A stretch of 64,000 nucleotides of DNA, taken from positions 2,432,001 to 2,496,000 of the forward strand of contig CBDFJF010000002.1 in the NCBI GenBank assembly GCA_965248265.1, in the 5' to 3' direction. The position numbers and the translations under genes were made by a program. Of the stretch, positions 42,898 through 52,726 are shown piece by piece (position 1 is the first letter of the stretch; each line of letters starts with the position of its first letter). The stretch comes from Candidatus Latescibacterota bacterium (lineage in GTDB: Bacteria; Latescibacterota; UBA2968; UBA8231). Under the pieces are notes generated by a model. It saw only the letters and a program-made list of their open reading frames with translations. It searched no databases and was not told the origin of the DNA.

Positions 42898-42936
42898 TTA
42901 ACAGCCTGACTGTCTGACTGCGCCGTCCGGGAGGGC

Positions 42937-44292
42937 TCAGCCGCTGCTGCGGAAACTATAGAGGTGGGCGTCACGCATGCGGAAGACCAGTTTGAGGCGC
43001 CGGCCGGCCAGCTCGGACAAGCTGCGGTCACCCGGCCAGCGCACGGTGGCGAGGTCGACCGTTCCCCTGGTTGGGACGTTGCCGGTGAAGACGGCGTGAT
43101 CGTCGCCGGAGAACCCCTGGAGCGGCCGACCGCCTTCGTCCTGGACTTCGACCTGCATGTGGCCGCCGCCGTCAAGCGGATAGCCATCGTGGTGGCGCGT
43201 CGTGGAGGCATTGAGCAGGAGATCGCCGCCGGGCCAGGTCATGGGGACGGTCACCAACTTGCCCTCCATGAAGCCGGCGCTGATGGAGGCGAAGCGGTCC
43301 ACGGTGATCGTCGCCAACCCCACGGCACTGTATTGTGGCGGCGCTTGCTTGACGTGGAAGTGGCAGTCGCTACGGCCCCCGAAATAGAACCAGAGCTGGT
43401 TACCCACCTGGACAGGTCCCGACGAGCAGCAGGTTGACCAGCCCAGGTTCCAGGGGAAGGTCGGACCGATGAAAGGCTCCGTCGTCGGCGGGCGGTGCCA
43501 CTGCTTCAGGTCGTGGCTCCAGGAGAGCTGGACCTCGATGAAGTTGGGCACATTGTGCCAGCGCTCGAGCATGCCGAGGTGAAGGTCGCCGTAAGGGAAG
43601 CCGGGCATCCCGTGGTATTCGATGTCGGCGGCGTCGATGAGATCGGGCCGGTGGATCAACTCGGGCTCGGAGAAGGATAGGAAGTCGTCGCTGCGGGCGA
43701 TGGAGACGCAGCGTGTGCCGTAGCGCTCGCGTCCCCTGGCTGTCTTCAGCGTGATCACGTACTGCCCGTCCACGCGCTCGGGCCAAAGGTACTGGACGTC
43801 GCCGCAGGGCGTCAGGATGCAGTCGCCTTCGGTCCAGTGTAGACCGTCCTCGCTGGTGGCGCCGAAGATGCCCCGGGCCTGCCCTGAGATGCCGACGCGG
43901 ATCATCTTGAAGGGGGCTGCGGTATCGTCGGGATCGTACATCACGGACGGGCAGTTCGCCGGGCGCGCGACGATGTTGTTCTTCGTACTCCCGCCGTATT
44001 CGATGGCGCCCACGACCAGTCGCTCCCAGTGTAAACCGTCATCGCTTTCGGCCACGCACATGATGGGATCCTCGAGTGGCTTGTAGGTGGTGTAGTACAG
44101 GCGCCAGCGCTCGCCGAGCCGAAGCACCGAACCGTATAGCGTGATGTTGGTGCCCTCCCAGGGCTCTTCGGGGCGCAGCACCGGCTCGGGGAAGATATCG
44201 GCCTGGTGCCACTGGCGGGTTAGCCGCTGGTGGTCCTCGATCCAGAAGTCGTCGAGGAGTAATTGGCTTCGGGTCAGGTCGGGCTCTCTCAT
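42937..44292 (-). CDS. GH32/43-clan-like beta-propeller protein
   Basis: SQLLLDD, SDDGLHWE, SEDGLHWT, DRFASI and HLYSF motifs; ATG 44292. Confidence 0.8.
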   Translation of the reverse strand: MREPDLTRSQLLLDDFWIEDHQRLTRQWHQADIFPEPVLRPEEPWEGTNITLYGSVLRLGERWRLYYTTYKPLEDPIMCVAESDDGLHWERLVVGAIEYGGSTKNNIVARPANCPSVMYDPDDTAAPFKMIRVGISGQARGIFGATSEDGLHWTEGDCILTPCGDVQYLWPERVDGQYVITLKTARGRERYGTRCVSIARSDDFLSFSEPELIHRPDLIDAADIEYHGMPGFPYGDLHLGMLERWHNVPNFIEVQLSWSHDLKQWHRPPTTEPFIGPTFPWNLGWSTCCSSGPVQVGNQLWFYFGGRSDCHFHVKQAPPQYSAVGLATITVDRFASISAGFMEGKLVTVPMTWPGGDLLLNASTTRHHDGYPLDGGGHMQVEVQDEGGRPLQGFSGDDHAVFTGNVPTRGTVDLATVRWPGDRSLSELAGRRLKLVFRMRDAHLYSFRSSG

Positions 44293-44731
44293 GAGGTTCA
44301 CTCTCGCGGTGACGACTACTCTTCTCCATCCCAATAGTTTTGGATTAAACCTTCCTGTGCGCGTGACGTGCTGAAGATCGAAAGGCGGTGTTCTATTCTT
44401 CTCCCAAATTTTTGCTCTGGAACATCCACGATGCGAACTTTCATACTCAGTCTCCTTCTGGATGCCGTCAATGTGAGGAGATTATACGCGTTATCTGAAC
44501 GCCGCCTGAATCGACCCTTCGGTCAACGTTGAGTTATAGCTTGACTCACTGACGATTATACGTTTAATCCACACTGATCGCCCCTGAACCGACACCATGG
44601 TCTCCAGCGGTCCCTCGATCACGGCGAGACCTGGAGTCCGCCGTCAACATCATCGAGATTGCTGCGGCCGCCCATCGCGCCTTCACCCAATCTACTGCCT
44701 AGCGGCGAGTGGAACTTCGGATTGATGTAAC

Positions 44732-45478
44732 ATGCTCAGCGATCAGTACCTCATTGAAATTGGGTTGCGTCGCGATGAGGTTCCGCATTTCTCGACCTAC
44801 CCCTTTTGCCTGGACGCAGTTCGTCATCTTAAATCGCTGGAACTTCATCCCGGCGTGACCTATTTCGTTGGTGAGAATGGGTCTGGGAAATCGACGCTTT
44901 TGGAGGCGTTGGCTGTGGCGTGGGGATTCAACGCCGAAGGAGGGACGAAAAACTTCAGTTTTGGATCGCGCCGATCACACTCGGACCTGCACAAATACTT
45001 GAGATTATCGAAGGGAACTCGAAGGCCCGAGGATGGTTTTTTCCTGCGTGCCGAGAGCTTTTTCAACGTGGCCACCGAGATCGAGCGCCTCGATGACGAA
45101 CCGGCACCTGCGCCGCTGATTATTGAGTCATATGGTGGTGTTTCGCTTCACGAGCAGTCGCACGGAGAATCGTTTCTGGCGCTTTTTATGCATCGATTCT
45201 CTGGTAATTCACTATTCATTCTCGATGAGCCGGAGGCAGCGTTATCACCCACACGGCAAATGGCGATGCTTTCCCGAATGCATCAACTGATTGGAGAGGG
45301 GAGTCAATTCATTATCGCAACGCATTCTCCTATCATCATGGCATATCCAGATGCGAAGATCTTCGCACTCGGTGCTGACGGTGTTGATCAGGTGGCGTAC
45401 GAAGACACCGAACACTTCCAGGTCACGCGGAGTTTCCTCAACTCCCGCGAGAAAATGCTCCGAGAGCTCATGTCGTAG
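44732..45478 (+). CDS. ABC-type AAA ATPase (COG3910-like predicted ATPase)
   Basis: GENGSGKST Walker A, SHGESF signature, ILDEPEAALSP Walker B, ATHSP. Confidence 0.92.
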   Translation: MLSDQYLIEIGLRRDEVPHFSTYPFCLDAVRHLKSLELHPGVTYFVGENGSGKSTLLEALAVAWGFNAEGGTKNFSFGSRRSHSDLHKYLRLSKGTRRPEDGFFLRAESFFNVATEIERLDDEPAPAPLIIESYGGVSLHEQSHGESFLALFMHRFSGNSLFILDEPEAALSPTRQMAMLSRMHQLIGEGSQFIIATHSPIIMAYPDAKIFALGADGVDQVAYEDTEHFQVTRSFLNSREKMLRELMS

Positions 45479-45623
45479 CAGATGAGCGCTGGATTTGGTT
45501 GAGATTCGGGGGATCGGCGCAAAAAACGGCCCGGAGCCTTTTCCGCGAGTTGGGTGTGGCTGATCTTCCCGGTTTGCGGGCGGCGAAGGGCTTCGGACCC
45601 AAAACCATTCAGAAGGTTGCCCC

Positions 45624-46580
45624 ATGACAATAGCGATGACCGATAAACAGAAAGATGAACTCAACGCGCAGGGGTTCACGGTGTTGGAGAGTGTTTTGGA
45701 CCCGTCCGAGTTGGAGCGCCTGTCGGCGGCGATGGACGAGGTGGCGGACCAGCTTCGAAGCGTGCGTGGCGCAGGTCCCGATGACAGTGTCGTCGTCCGC
45801 AACTCGGTGGCTCGCCACGAAGCCATATTGGACTTGCTCGATCATCCCCGCATTCTGCCGTTGGTCGTCGATGCGATCGGCTGGAACATTCAGAATCGCG
45901 ATAGCACGTTTGATTACAAAGCCCCGCAGCCTGGCAACGCAGATCCCGACCGGCTGTCGCTCGGTTGGCATTTCGACTACGAAGAAGAATTCGCTGGCAC
46001 GACGATAGACGGACGCATGCCGCTGCTGGACTTCAAGGTCGGGTGGTACGTGTCGGATCATACTGAGCCCGGTCACAGCACCATCCTTCTCGTGCCCGGT
46101 AGCTACGAATGGACTCCGGAACAACGCGCCACCTGGGAGACCTGGCTTGATCCCGAGGAAATTTTCGAGTTGCGCGTTCCGGCCGGCAGCGCCATGCTCT
46201 GGCGGCCCACCGTCATGCACAGTGTGACTCCGAACCTTTCGAAGAGCTTCCGCAAGGCCCTCTACATCAGCTACGCGCCCAGGTGGATACGGCCGAGCGG
46301 GTACGTTGAGCAGGATCCAGAGTTGATCGAACGCAGTTCGCCGATCCGGCGGCAGCTGTTGGGGGCCACGGGCGATGGCTCCCCTCTGCTGGGAAGAGAT
46401 CCGATCGGGAATCCGTCGTCGCAATACTGGTTTACCGACAACTGGGAAAGTGTTCCGCTGAAGGCGTGGGCTGAAGAGCGCGCTGGTCCCGGGCCGTACG
46501 ACTGGGGACTGGGTTACGGGGCGACGTTTACGAAGGGACCGGGCTTCCAGTTTGACCGCGTGAAGATTCCGAAGCGGTAG
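45624..46580 (+). CDS. PhyH family dioxygenase
   Basis: WHFD, LVPGS and MHSVTPN...RKALYISY motifs. Confidence 0.88.
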   Translation: MTIAMTDKQKDELNAQGFTVLESVLDPSELERLSAAMDEVADQLRSVRGAGPDDSVVVRNSVARHEAILDLLDHPRILPLVVDAIGWNIQNRDSTFDYKAPQPGNADPDRLSLGWHFDYEEEFAGTTIDGRMPLLDFKVGWYVSDHTEPGHSTILLVPGSYEWTPEQRATWETWLDPEEIFELRVPAGSAMLWRPTVMHSVTPNLSKSFRKALYISYAPRWIRPSGYVEQDPELIERSSPIRRQLLGATGDGSPLLGRDPIGNPSSQYWFTDNWESVPLKAWAEERAGPGPYDWGLGYGATFTKGPGFQFDRVKIPKR

Positions 46581-46605
46581 TCTTGAAGAGGAGCTTTGCT
46601 GAGTG

Positions 46606-47730
46606 ATGGACGCAAGAGTGAAACAAGCGGTTCGGCGACTTCTGCAGGAACTCGTCAATCAGGATCGAGCCAGGGTGGTTGTCTCCGCATACGCGTCGGG
46701 ACCCGGCTACTGGTTCGGTGGAGGCAACCTGCTCCGGGACCAGGACGGGGTCTGGTGGTTGTGCGGTCGGTATCGCAATGCCGGGGACTCGAGGACCGGA
46801 TTGGCCGCGGGAGAAAGAGGACTGGAGTGCGCCGTGTTTCGCTCCGACGACTCTGCCCGCAGCTTCGCCAAAGTGTTGAGTTGGTCCAGAGAGGATCTGT
46901 CCGGACCCGGCGCCCAAGTTGTGTCGATTGAAGGAACGGCTCTGCATCGGTTGGCCGACGGCACAGTGGAACTGTTCATTTCTTCAGAAAAAGAGCGTCC
47001 CTACCCGGACCATCTCACGTCCTATCAAAAACCAGGCACGGGAGTGTGGTCGATCGACCGCATGGCTGCGAGATCGGTTGAGGAGTTGGATCCTGCCACA
47101 CTGGTACCCGTATTGGAGAATCGCGACATGCCGGAGTATCTGCACCTGAAAGATCCGGTTGTATTTGACGACGCGACAGGAGCGACTGTCATGTTGTTCT
47201 GCTCTCATCCCCACACCTGGGCATCGGGTAATACAGGCCTGGCCATCCGGCGTCCGGACAGCACGTATTTCGAGATCGAGTCCTGGGAGGTGGTATCTCG
47301 CGGCGCTGCCTGGGATGTAGCTTCCACGAGGATAACAGGATGCGTTCGAATCCCGGCTGTCGGGGTCCTCTCGAGTGAGCGGCCCTTTACGGCGTATTTC
47401 TACGATGGCAGCGAATGTGTCCGTGAACTGGAGGAGAGCGACCGGGCGCACAAGCGGCCGCGGGGCTATTCATGCGAAGAGATCGGTGGGGCTTTTCTCG
47501 GGTGGGACGATAGCCTCGCCGACCTTGACCGACTCTCGGCAACAGAGCCTTTTTTCGTATCACCACACGGTACCGGTTGCAGTCGATACATGGACGTTGT
47601 GCGTACACCGGATGGCCTGCTCGCGACGTGGCAACAATCGCAGCCAGACAGATCGCAACCGCTGGTGAGTCACTTCATTTCCCTGGACGCGGTTGAGAGT
47701 GCACTGCAGGAGCGTAGCGCAGGGTGCTGA
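46606..47730 (+). CDS. Conserved hypothetical protein, sialidase/propeller-like
   Basis: GYWFGGG, GRYRNAGDSRTG, FRSDD Asp-box-like segment, HLKDP. Confidence 0.7.
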   Translation: MDARVKQAVRRLLQELVNQDRARVVVSAYASGPGYWFGGGNLLRDQDGVWWLCGRYRNAGDSRTGLAAGERGLECAVFRSDDSARSFAKVLSWSREDLSGPGAQVVSIEGTALHRLADGTVELFISSEKERPYPDHLTSYQKPGTGVWSIDRMAARSVEELDPATLVPVLENRDMPEYLHLKDPVVFDDATGATVMLFCSHPHTWASGNTGLAIRRPDSTYFEIESWEVVSRGAAWDVASTRITGCVRIPAVGVLSSERPFTAYFYDGSECVRELEESDRAHKRPRGYSCEEIGGAFLGWDDSLADLDRLSATEPFFVSPHGTGCSRYMDVVRTPDGLLATWQQSQPDRSQPLVSHFISLDAVESALQERSAGC

Positions 47731-47772
47731 GGAATCTAAATTATCTATGAAGCTGCTTACAGTGCCTAACCG
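47727..47772 (+). repeat. oriIS-like terminus (copy E)
   Basis: CTGAGGAATCTAAATTATCTATGAAGCTGCTTACAGTGCCTAACCG aligns with 35887-35933 and with the end of copy B. Confidence 0.75.
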
Positions 47773-47872
47773 TACCGATTTCAGCCGACGCTCCTTACGC
47801 AGCAATCTGGTGCTGCGCTGGGAGTACCGTCCGGACAACTCCCTGTTCGTGGTCTGGCAGCAGAATCACAGC
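47773..47872 (+). pseudogene. C-terminal fragment of a DUF5916-type outer-membrane protein
   Basis: DFSRRSLRSNLVLRWEYRPDNSLFVVWQQ begins immediately after the oriIS-like end. Confidence 0.65.
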
Positions 47873-47933
47873 GCCTCTCCCGACGGGGCCGAATCCGCTT
47901 CAGGCCGGCGGACCTGCGTCTAGGGAGCCATTG

Positions 47934-49175
47934 ATGGGTACCCGCATCCGCATCTCAAATGTCACCGTCGTCGACGTCACCGACCAGCAGTTGCTTCCAG
48001 ACCGTGACGTACTCGTCGACGGTGATCGCATAGACGCCGTTCTCAGCGCCGGCGCTGACCGGTCGTCCGCCGCGACCGAAACCATCGACGCCTCCGGCCT
48101 TTTCCTCTGCCCCGGTCTCATCGACAGCCACGTCCATTTTTTTCTCGACGCGGGTGGCGATCCGCGCGGCAGTTTCCTGCAGGCTACGGAAGAGGAGCGC
48201 TGGAACTGCGCCGCACGCAATGCTGCCATCGCTCTCGAAGCCGGCATCACGACGATGCGCGATTGTGCCGCACCGGCGGACCAGATGTTCGCCCTGCAGC
48301 GCGAGATCGAGGCCGGCCGGCTGCCGGGTCCCCACATTCTCAGTTGCGGCTACGCCATCATGCGCCCGGCGGGCCACTGTCACTTCCTCGGCGGTGCCGA
48401 AGTCACTGACAGTGCCCAGGTGAGGGCCGTCATCGAACACCAGTTGTCACAAGGGGCCGGCTACGTCAAGCTCATGGCATCCGGCGGCGGACTGACTCCA
48501 GGCACGGTGCCACACGAGGCGGATCTGGGCTTGGAGCTAATGCAAACGGCTGCCACAGTGGCGCGGGCCAACGGTGTCCACATTACTGCGCACTGCCACG
48601 CTACCGAGAGCATACTCCGCGCGCTTGAGGCCCAACTGCCGCAGATCGAGCACGCCACCTTCGTCGAGCCTCCCGGTCGCTACCGCTACGACGACGAAGT
48701 CGCCCGCCGCGTGCGTGACAGCGGTGCGGCCATCGCTCCGACCGTGTTCGGCGCACTGAAAACGGCGCAGCGCTTCCGCGTCAGCGGCTCCCACAACCCG
48801 AACGACACGGCCGCTGTCGAACGGCTCGAGGGCCGGTTGACGAACACGACCCACTTCCATGCGCTTGGTATTCCCATGATGGCCGGTACCGACTGCGGTG
48901 CCACCGACACACCCTTTGACGCGCTCGTAGACGAGCTCCACACCTACGTGAGAGCGGGCATCCCCCAGCCCCAGGTCGTCGCCATGGCCACCTGCGGCAA
49001 TGCCCGTCTGCTCGGCCTGCCCGAGATCGGAGCTGTCGCGACGGGCATGCGCGCCGATCTCGTCCTGCTGGCAGCCAATCCTTTCGCAGACCTCGACGTC
49101 CTGCGCACCCCCCTGAAAGTGCTCAAGTCGGGGAGCGTTGTCTGCGACCGGCAGCGTGCCGTGACACCCAGATAG
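47934..49175 (+). CDS. Amidohydrolase family protein
   Basis: PGLIDSHVH, VKLMASGG, AHCH, IEHAT, AGTD and ADLVLL motifs. Confidence 0.92.
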   Translation: MGTRIRISNVTVVDVTDQQLLPDRDVLVDGDRIDAVLSAGADRSSAATETIDASGLFLCPGLIDSHVHFFLDAGGDPRGSFLQATEEERWNCAARNAAIALEAGITTMRDCAAPADQMFALQREIEAGRLPGPHILSCGYAIMRPAGHCHFLGGAEVTDSAQVRAVIEHQLSQGAGYVKLMASGGGLTPGTVPHEADLGLELMQTAATVARANGVHITAHCHATESILRALEAQLPQIEHATFVEPPGRYRYDDEVARRVRDSGAAIAPTVFGALKTAQRFRVSGSHNPNDTAAVERLEGRLTNTTHFHALGIPMMAGTDCGATDTPFDALVDELHTYVRAGIPQPQVVAMATCGNARLLGLPEIGAVATGMRADLVLLAANPFADLDVLRTPLKVLKSGSVVCDRQRAVTPR

Positions 49176-49376
49176 CTGCCGCGTCCGTTACTCCAGTAGC
49201 CATCGCAGGCAGCCCGCCCTTTCTGCATTTCACATCTTGCTCATATCTTTTAGTATTGCCTCTTCTATCACGATCTTTGGCAGAGCACTGTTCCCCATTT
49301 TTCACGTCACCCATCTTCCCATGGAGTGTTGGTTGTGAATGGATCAGAAAGTCGCGGTTCCGGCCCGGAACCGAGC

Positions 49377-50336
49377 ATGATGCTATCGCCGGCGCAGTTG
49401 GACGAGTTCAAAGCGGAGGGGGCGGTAGCGATTCCAGGATTGGTACCGCCAGATGTGCTCGACGGGTGGCGGGCCGAGATACGCGCGGCCTGCTCCGGCG
49501 GTGTCGACCTCGAAGACCCCGGCACCTGGCCCAACGGGCGCTGGGCACCCACGGGTGGCTGGCCAGAGCTCAGCCCCAACCTGTACGACTTGCAGAGCCT
49601 GCAGTCCATCGTGGAGCAGATCGGTGGTGGCGCCTTTGCCCCGTCCAGCCCAGCGGGGTTGCCGCCAAAACCGCAGGTGCCGATGACGCGGGTGATCCTG
49701 CCGGATGCCCCGGGCACGGAGTGGGCCCCCCCGGTCAACAACGGTCACCTCGATGGGTACGCCGGAGGCTGGGGCGGTGGGTTCATGGCCATCTTCGCAG
49801 TGCTGCTGTGGGATGTCAGCAGCCCCAGGGGCGGAGGCACGGCCTACTGGCCAAGGTCCCACCTGGCTAACCACCGTCATTTCCTCAAGCACCCCGAGCA
49901 GTTCGACGGCTCCTACCTCTTCACAGAGCCAGTGAAGAGCGGCGGGCACCTGGCGCTCCTGGAGGGGGACCCCAGTGTGGGAGAGCTGGTATGCATGACC
50001 GGACGAGCTGGCGATGCCATGCTGTTCCACGGCCTCACCACGCACGTCGGCTCGTCCAACGCGGCGGGGTCGCGCCAACCGCGGGTGACACAGTTTGCGC
50101 GGTACACCCACAGGAAAATGCGCGAGCAGGCACCGATGGTCATGTTTCCTGACAAGGATGGCAAGCCCTGGTCGCGCCCCAAAGACCCTGGCAACACCGC
50201 GGTGGCTGAAGAGCAAGAGAAGGCAACAGGTTTTCTACCGCCGGATCACCCGGGCCGGAAGCTCGAGCGATACGACGTACCGCAGAATCTCTGGAAATAC
50301 TGGGCCCCTGCTCTCAACGCCGAAGCCCCTGTGTAG
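49377..50336 (+). CDS. Divergent PhyH-like dioxygenase
   Basis: LSPAQLDEFKAEG start, GHLDGY, GGGTAYWPRSH and GDAMLFHGLTTH motifs. Confidence 0.75.
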   Translation: MMLSPAQLDEFKAEGAVAIPGLVPPDVLDGWRAEIRAACSGGVDLEDPGTWPNGRWAPTGGWPELSPNLYDLQSLQSIVEQIGGGAFAPSSPAGLPPKPQVPMTRVILPDAPGTEWAPPVNNGHLDGYAGGWGGGFMAIFAVLLWDVSSPRGGGTAYWPRSHLANHRHFLKHPEQFDGSYLFTEPVKSGGHLALLEGDPSVGELVCMTGRAGDAMLFHGLTTHVGSSNAAGSRQPRVTQFARYTHRKMREQAPMVMFPDKDGKPWSRPKDPGNTAVAEEQEKATGFLPPDHPGRKLERYDVPQNLWKYWAPALNAEAPV

Positions 50337-50380
50337 GTGCCGGCGAACCACCCCTGACCGGCCATAGAGGAGGAGTAGGC

Positions 50381-51832
50381 GTGGCAGTTCACATAGGTAC
50401 CGAACGGCAACTCTTTCTCGACGACCACGTCGTCGAGAGCACCGACGGTCTTGGGCGGGTCCAACAGCAGCCCGACAAACTGGACCTGCCCGTCATCGTC
50501 GGCGACAAACCCTGGGAGCAATCGAAAACCGCCATCAACGGCAACTCCTTGCATTACGATACCGAGGAAGAGTGCTACAAGGCGTGGTACGACACCGGTG
50601 GTGGAGTCGCCTACGCGATATCCTCGGACGGCATTGACTGGGAGAAACCGAGGCTGGGGATCATCGAGAAGGATGGCTCACGAGACAACAACCTCGTCAG
50701 CGCAGGGCGAGGCTTCAGCGTCGTGAAGGACATTGACGACGAGGATCCGTCACGGAAGTACAAGGCGATGTACTGGCACTCGCGGCGCGAGCCGGAGATG
50801 CCCTGGGGCGGCAAGGGACATTTTGTAGCCTTCTCGGCCGACGGAATCCACTGGAAAGATCATCCAGAGAATCCGGTCGTCGACTACCGAAACGGCCTGA
50901 CCGACGGCCAGTTCGTTCTGGGCCGGGACCCCAACCACGGCAAGTACGTTGCGTACATGCGACCCGGCGTGGAATTCTACGACCCGCCGAAAAGAACCTC
51001 AGCGTGGGTGGCAAGCGATGATTTCGTCAACTGGGGTCCACCCGTTCTTGCCGTCGCGCCCGACGATGAAGATGGAGTCGATACCGAGTACTACCGAATG
51101 ACGGTGGCGAAGTACGAAGGCGTGTACATCGGGTTCATCTGGGTCTACTACAACGACGTCGAGTTCGCCGACCAATCGCGAGATACCATGCTTGCCTTCA
51201 GCCGCAATGGAATCTCGTGGAGCAAGCCATGTCCCACTGACAGGTTCCTTGGACGGGGCCGGAAAGGAGATTGGGACTCCGAGTTCGCCATGGCTTGTAA
51301 GCTGATCCCCTTTGAGGACGAACTCAGGGTCTTCTATTCGGGGGGGAACATACCTCACGACGTCAAAGGAGCTGATGGAAAGAAAGGATCGGTCCGGGAT
51401 TGGCCGGGTTCGGTCATTGACGGGGAGTACAGGGCCTATGCGGTGGGCCTCGCCAAGCTCAGGCGTGATGGTTTTGTCGCCATTCAGCCGCAGGCGAGCG
51501 AAGGCACGTTGACGACCAGGCCGCTCACGTTCCTGGGCAGCAGACTCCGCATGAACGCAGACAGCACGAAGGGAAGAATCGAGGTGGAAGTGCTCGATGA
51601 GAGAGGTCGACTGGTCGAAGGCTACTCCCGCGCCGATTGCATACCCGTGTCAGCCGACTCGACGGACCACACCGTACGGTGGACGGGAGGAAGAGACCTG
51701 GTCCATGCCGACGATACCGCCGCCGACATCGGAGGCTCGAACTGGACAGCGTTCAAGTCGCGGCTCAGGCAGCCTGTCAGGCTCAGGTTCTATCTCAACG
51801 ACGCGAAAATGTATTCCTTCTGGGTGGAATAG
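50381..51832 (+). CDS. GH32/43-clan-like beta-propeller protein
   Basis: RQLFLDD, SSDGIDWEKP, SADGIHW, LAKLRRDGF and MYSFW motifs; GAGGAG RBS. Confidence 0.82.
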   Translation: MAVHIGTERQLFLDDHVVESTDGLGRVQQQPDKLDLPVIVGDKPWEQSKTAINGNSLHYDTEEECYKAWYDTGGGVAYAISSDGIDWEKPRLGIIEKDGSRDNNLVSAGRGFSVVKDIDDEDPSRKYKAMYWHSRREPEMPWGGKGHFVAFSADGIHWKDHPENPVVDYRNGLTDGQFVLGRDPNHGKYVAYMRPGVEFYDPPKRTSAWVASDDFVNWGPPVLAVAPDDEDGVDTEYYRMTVAKYEGVYIGFIWVYYNDVEFADQSRDTMLAFSRNGISWSKPCPTDRFLGRGRKGDWDSEFAMACKLIPFEDELRVFYSGGNIPHDVKGADGKKGSVRDWPGSVIDGEYRAYAVGLAKLRRDGFVAIQPQASEGTLTTRPLTFLGSRLRMNADSTKGRIEVEVLDERGRLVEGYSRADCIPVSADSTDHTVRWTGGRDLVHADDTAADIGGSNWTAFKSRLRQPVRLRFYLNDAKMYSFWVE

Positions 51833-51853
51833 TTCTTCAAAGGAATTTCGACA

Positions 51854-52720
51854 ATGGTTTCTCGAACCCCACTCAAACTCGCCTGCGCCGATTTCAGTTT
51901 CCCTCTGCTGTCACATGAGGATGCCCTCGACCTCGTGGCCAGACTCGGCTTTGAGGGGGTTGATATCGGACTGTTCCCGAGCCGCTCTCACTTCCAACCA
52001 AAAGACTACGTCAAGAGAATCCCTGCAGCGGCCAGAGACCTGAGCGCCAGAGTCCGGGATCGTGGCCTTGAGTTTGCCGATATCTTTCTGCAGCCCTCCG
52101 CCTCTGTTGAGGAGATGGCACCCAATCATCCAAACGCCACCCAGCGCCGCCGCTGGCGCGACCTGTACGCGCGGACCCTCGAGTTCACCGTGCGCTGCAA
52201 CGCCTCGCACATGACGACGTTGCCCGGCGTTCATTTCGAAACGGAACCGCTGGCGGATTCGCTGCAGCGCTGCAGCGACGAACTGGCCTGGTGTGTCGAA
52301 CAGGCGGAGGCGGCCGGCGTCGTTTTTTCGGTTGAGGCTCACATGTGGTCGCTGGCGCCAAAAACAAAACTGGCGGCTCGACTTGTGCGCATGACGAAGG
52401 GGCTGACACTCACCCTCGACTACGGACACTATACGGCGCAGGGAGAGAGCGATCGGGCAATTGAACCCCTGGTCAAACACGCCTCCCATTTCCACGCCCG
52501 CGCCGCCTGCAAAGGGCTTCTACAAACCACACTGGCCGACAACACCGTCGGTTTTCCTGGCGTTGTTAAGGAGATGAAGAGGACCGGCTACAAGGGTTAT
52601 CTCGGGGTCGAATACGTGCGCATGGACGTTGATGTCGTGCCGGACGTGGACAATCTCTCGGAGACGATCCTCATGCGGGACTTGCTGACGAAAGCCTGGG
52701 GGATCCGGAAGGATCACTGA
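51854..52720 (+). CDS. Sugar phosphate isomerase/epimerase (xylose isomerase-like TIM barrel)
   Basis: GFEGVDI, VEAH, LTLDYGH, HFH and GYKGYLGVEY motifs. Confidence 0.88.
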   Translation: MVSRTPLKLACADFSFPLLSHEDALDLVARLGFEGVDIGLFPSRSHFQPKDYVKRIPAAARDLSARVRDRGLEFADIFLQPSASVEEMAPNHPNATQRRRWRDLYARTLEFTVRCNASHMTTLPGVHFETEPLADSLQRCSDELAWCVEQAEAAGVVFSVEAHMWSLAPKTKLAARLVRMTKGLTLTLDYGHYTAQGESDRAIEPLVKHASHFHARAACKGLLQTTLADNTVGFPGVVKEMKRTGYKGYLGVEYVRMDVDVVPDVDNLSETILMRDLLTKAWGIRKDH

Positions 52721-52726
52721 CCAAAC

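Noticed and set aside
44732-45478. Stand-alone ABC ATPase as an anti-phage defence system
   Set aside because: No partner nuclease or TOPRIM gene adjacent; looks like an ordinary COG3910-type singleton
45555-45625. KGFGPKTIQKV, resembling a ComEA helix-hairpin-helix fragment
   Set aside because: Too short, with no start or supporting upstream frame
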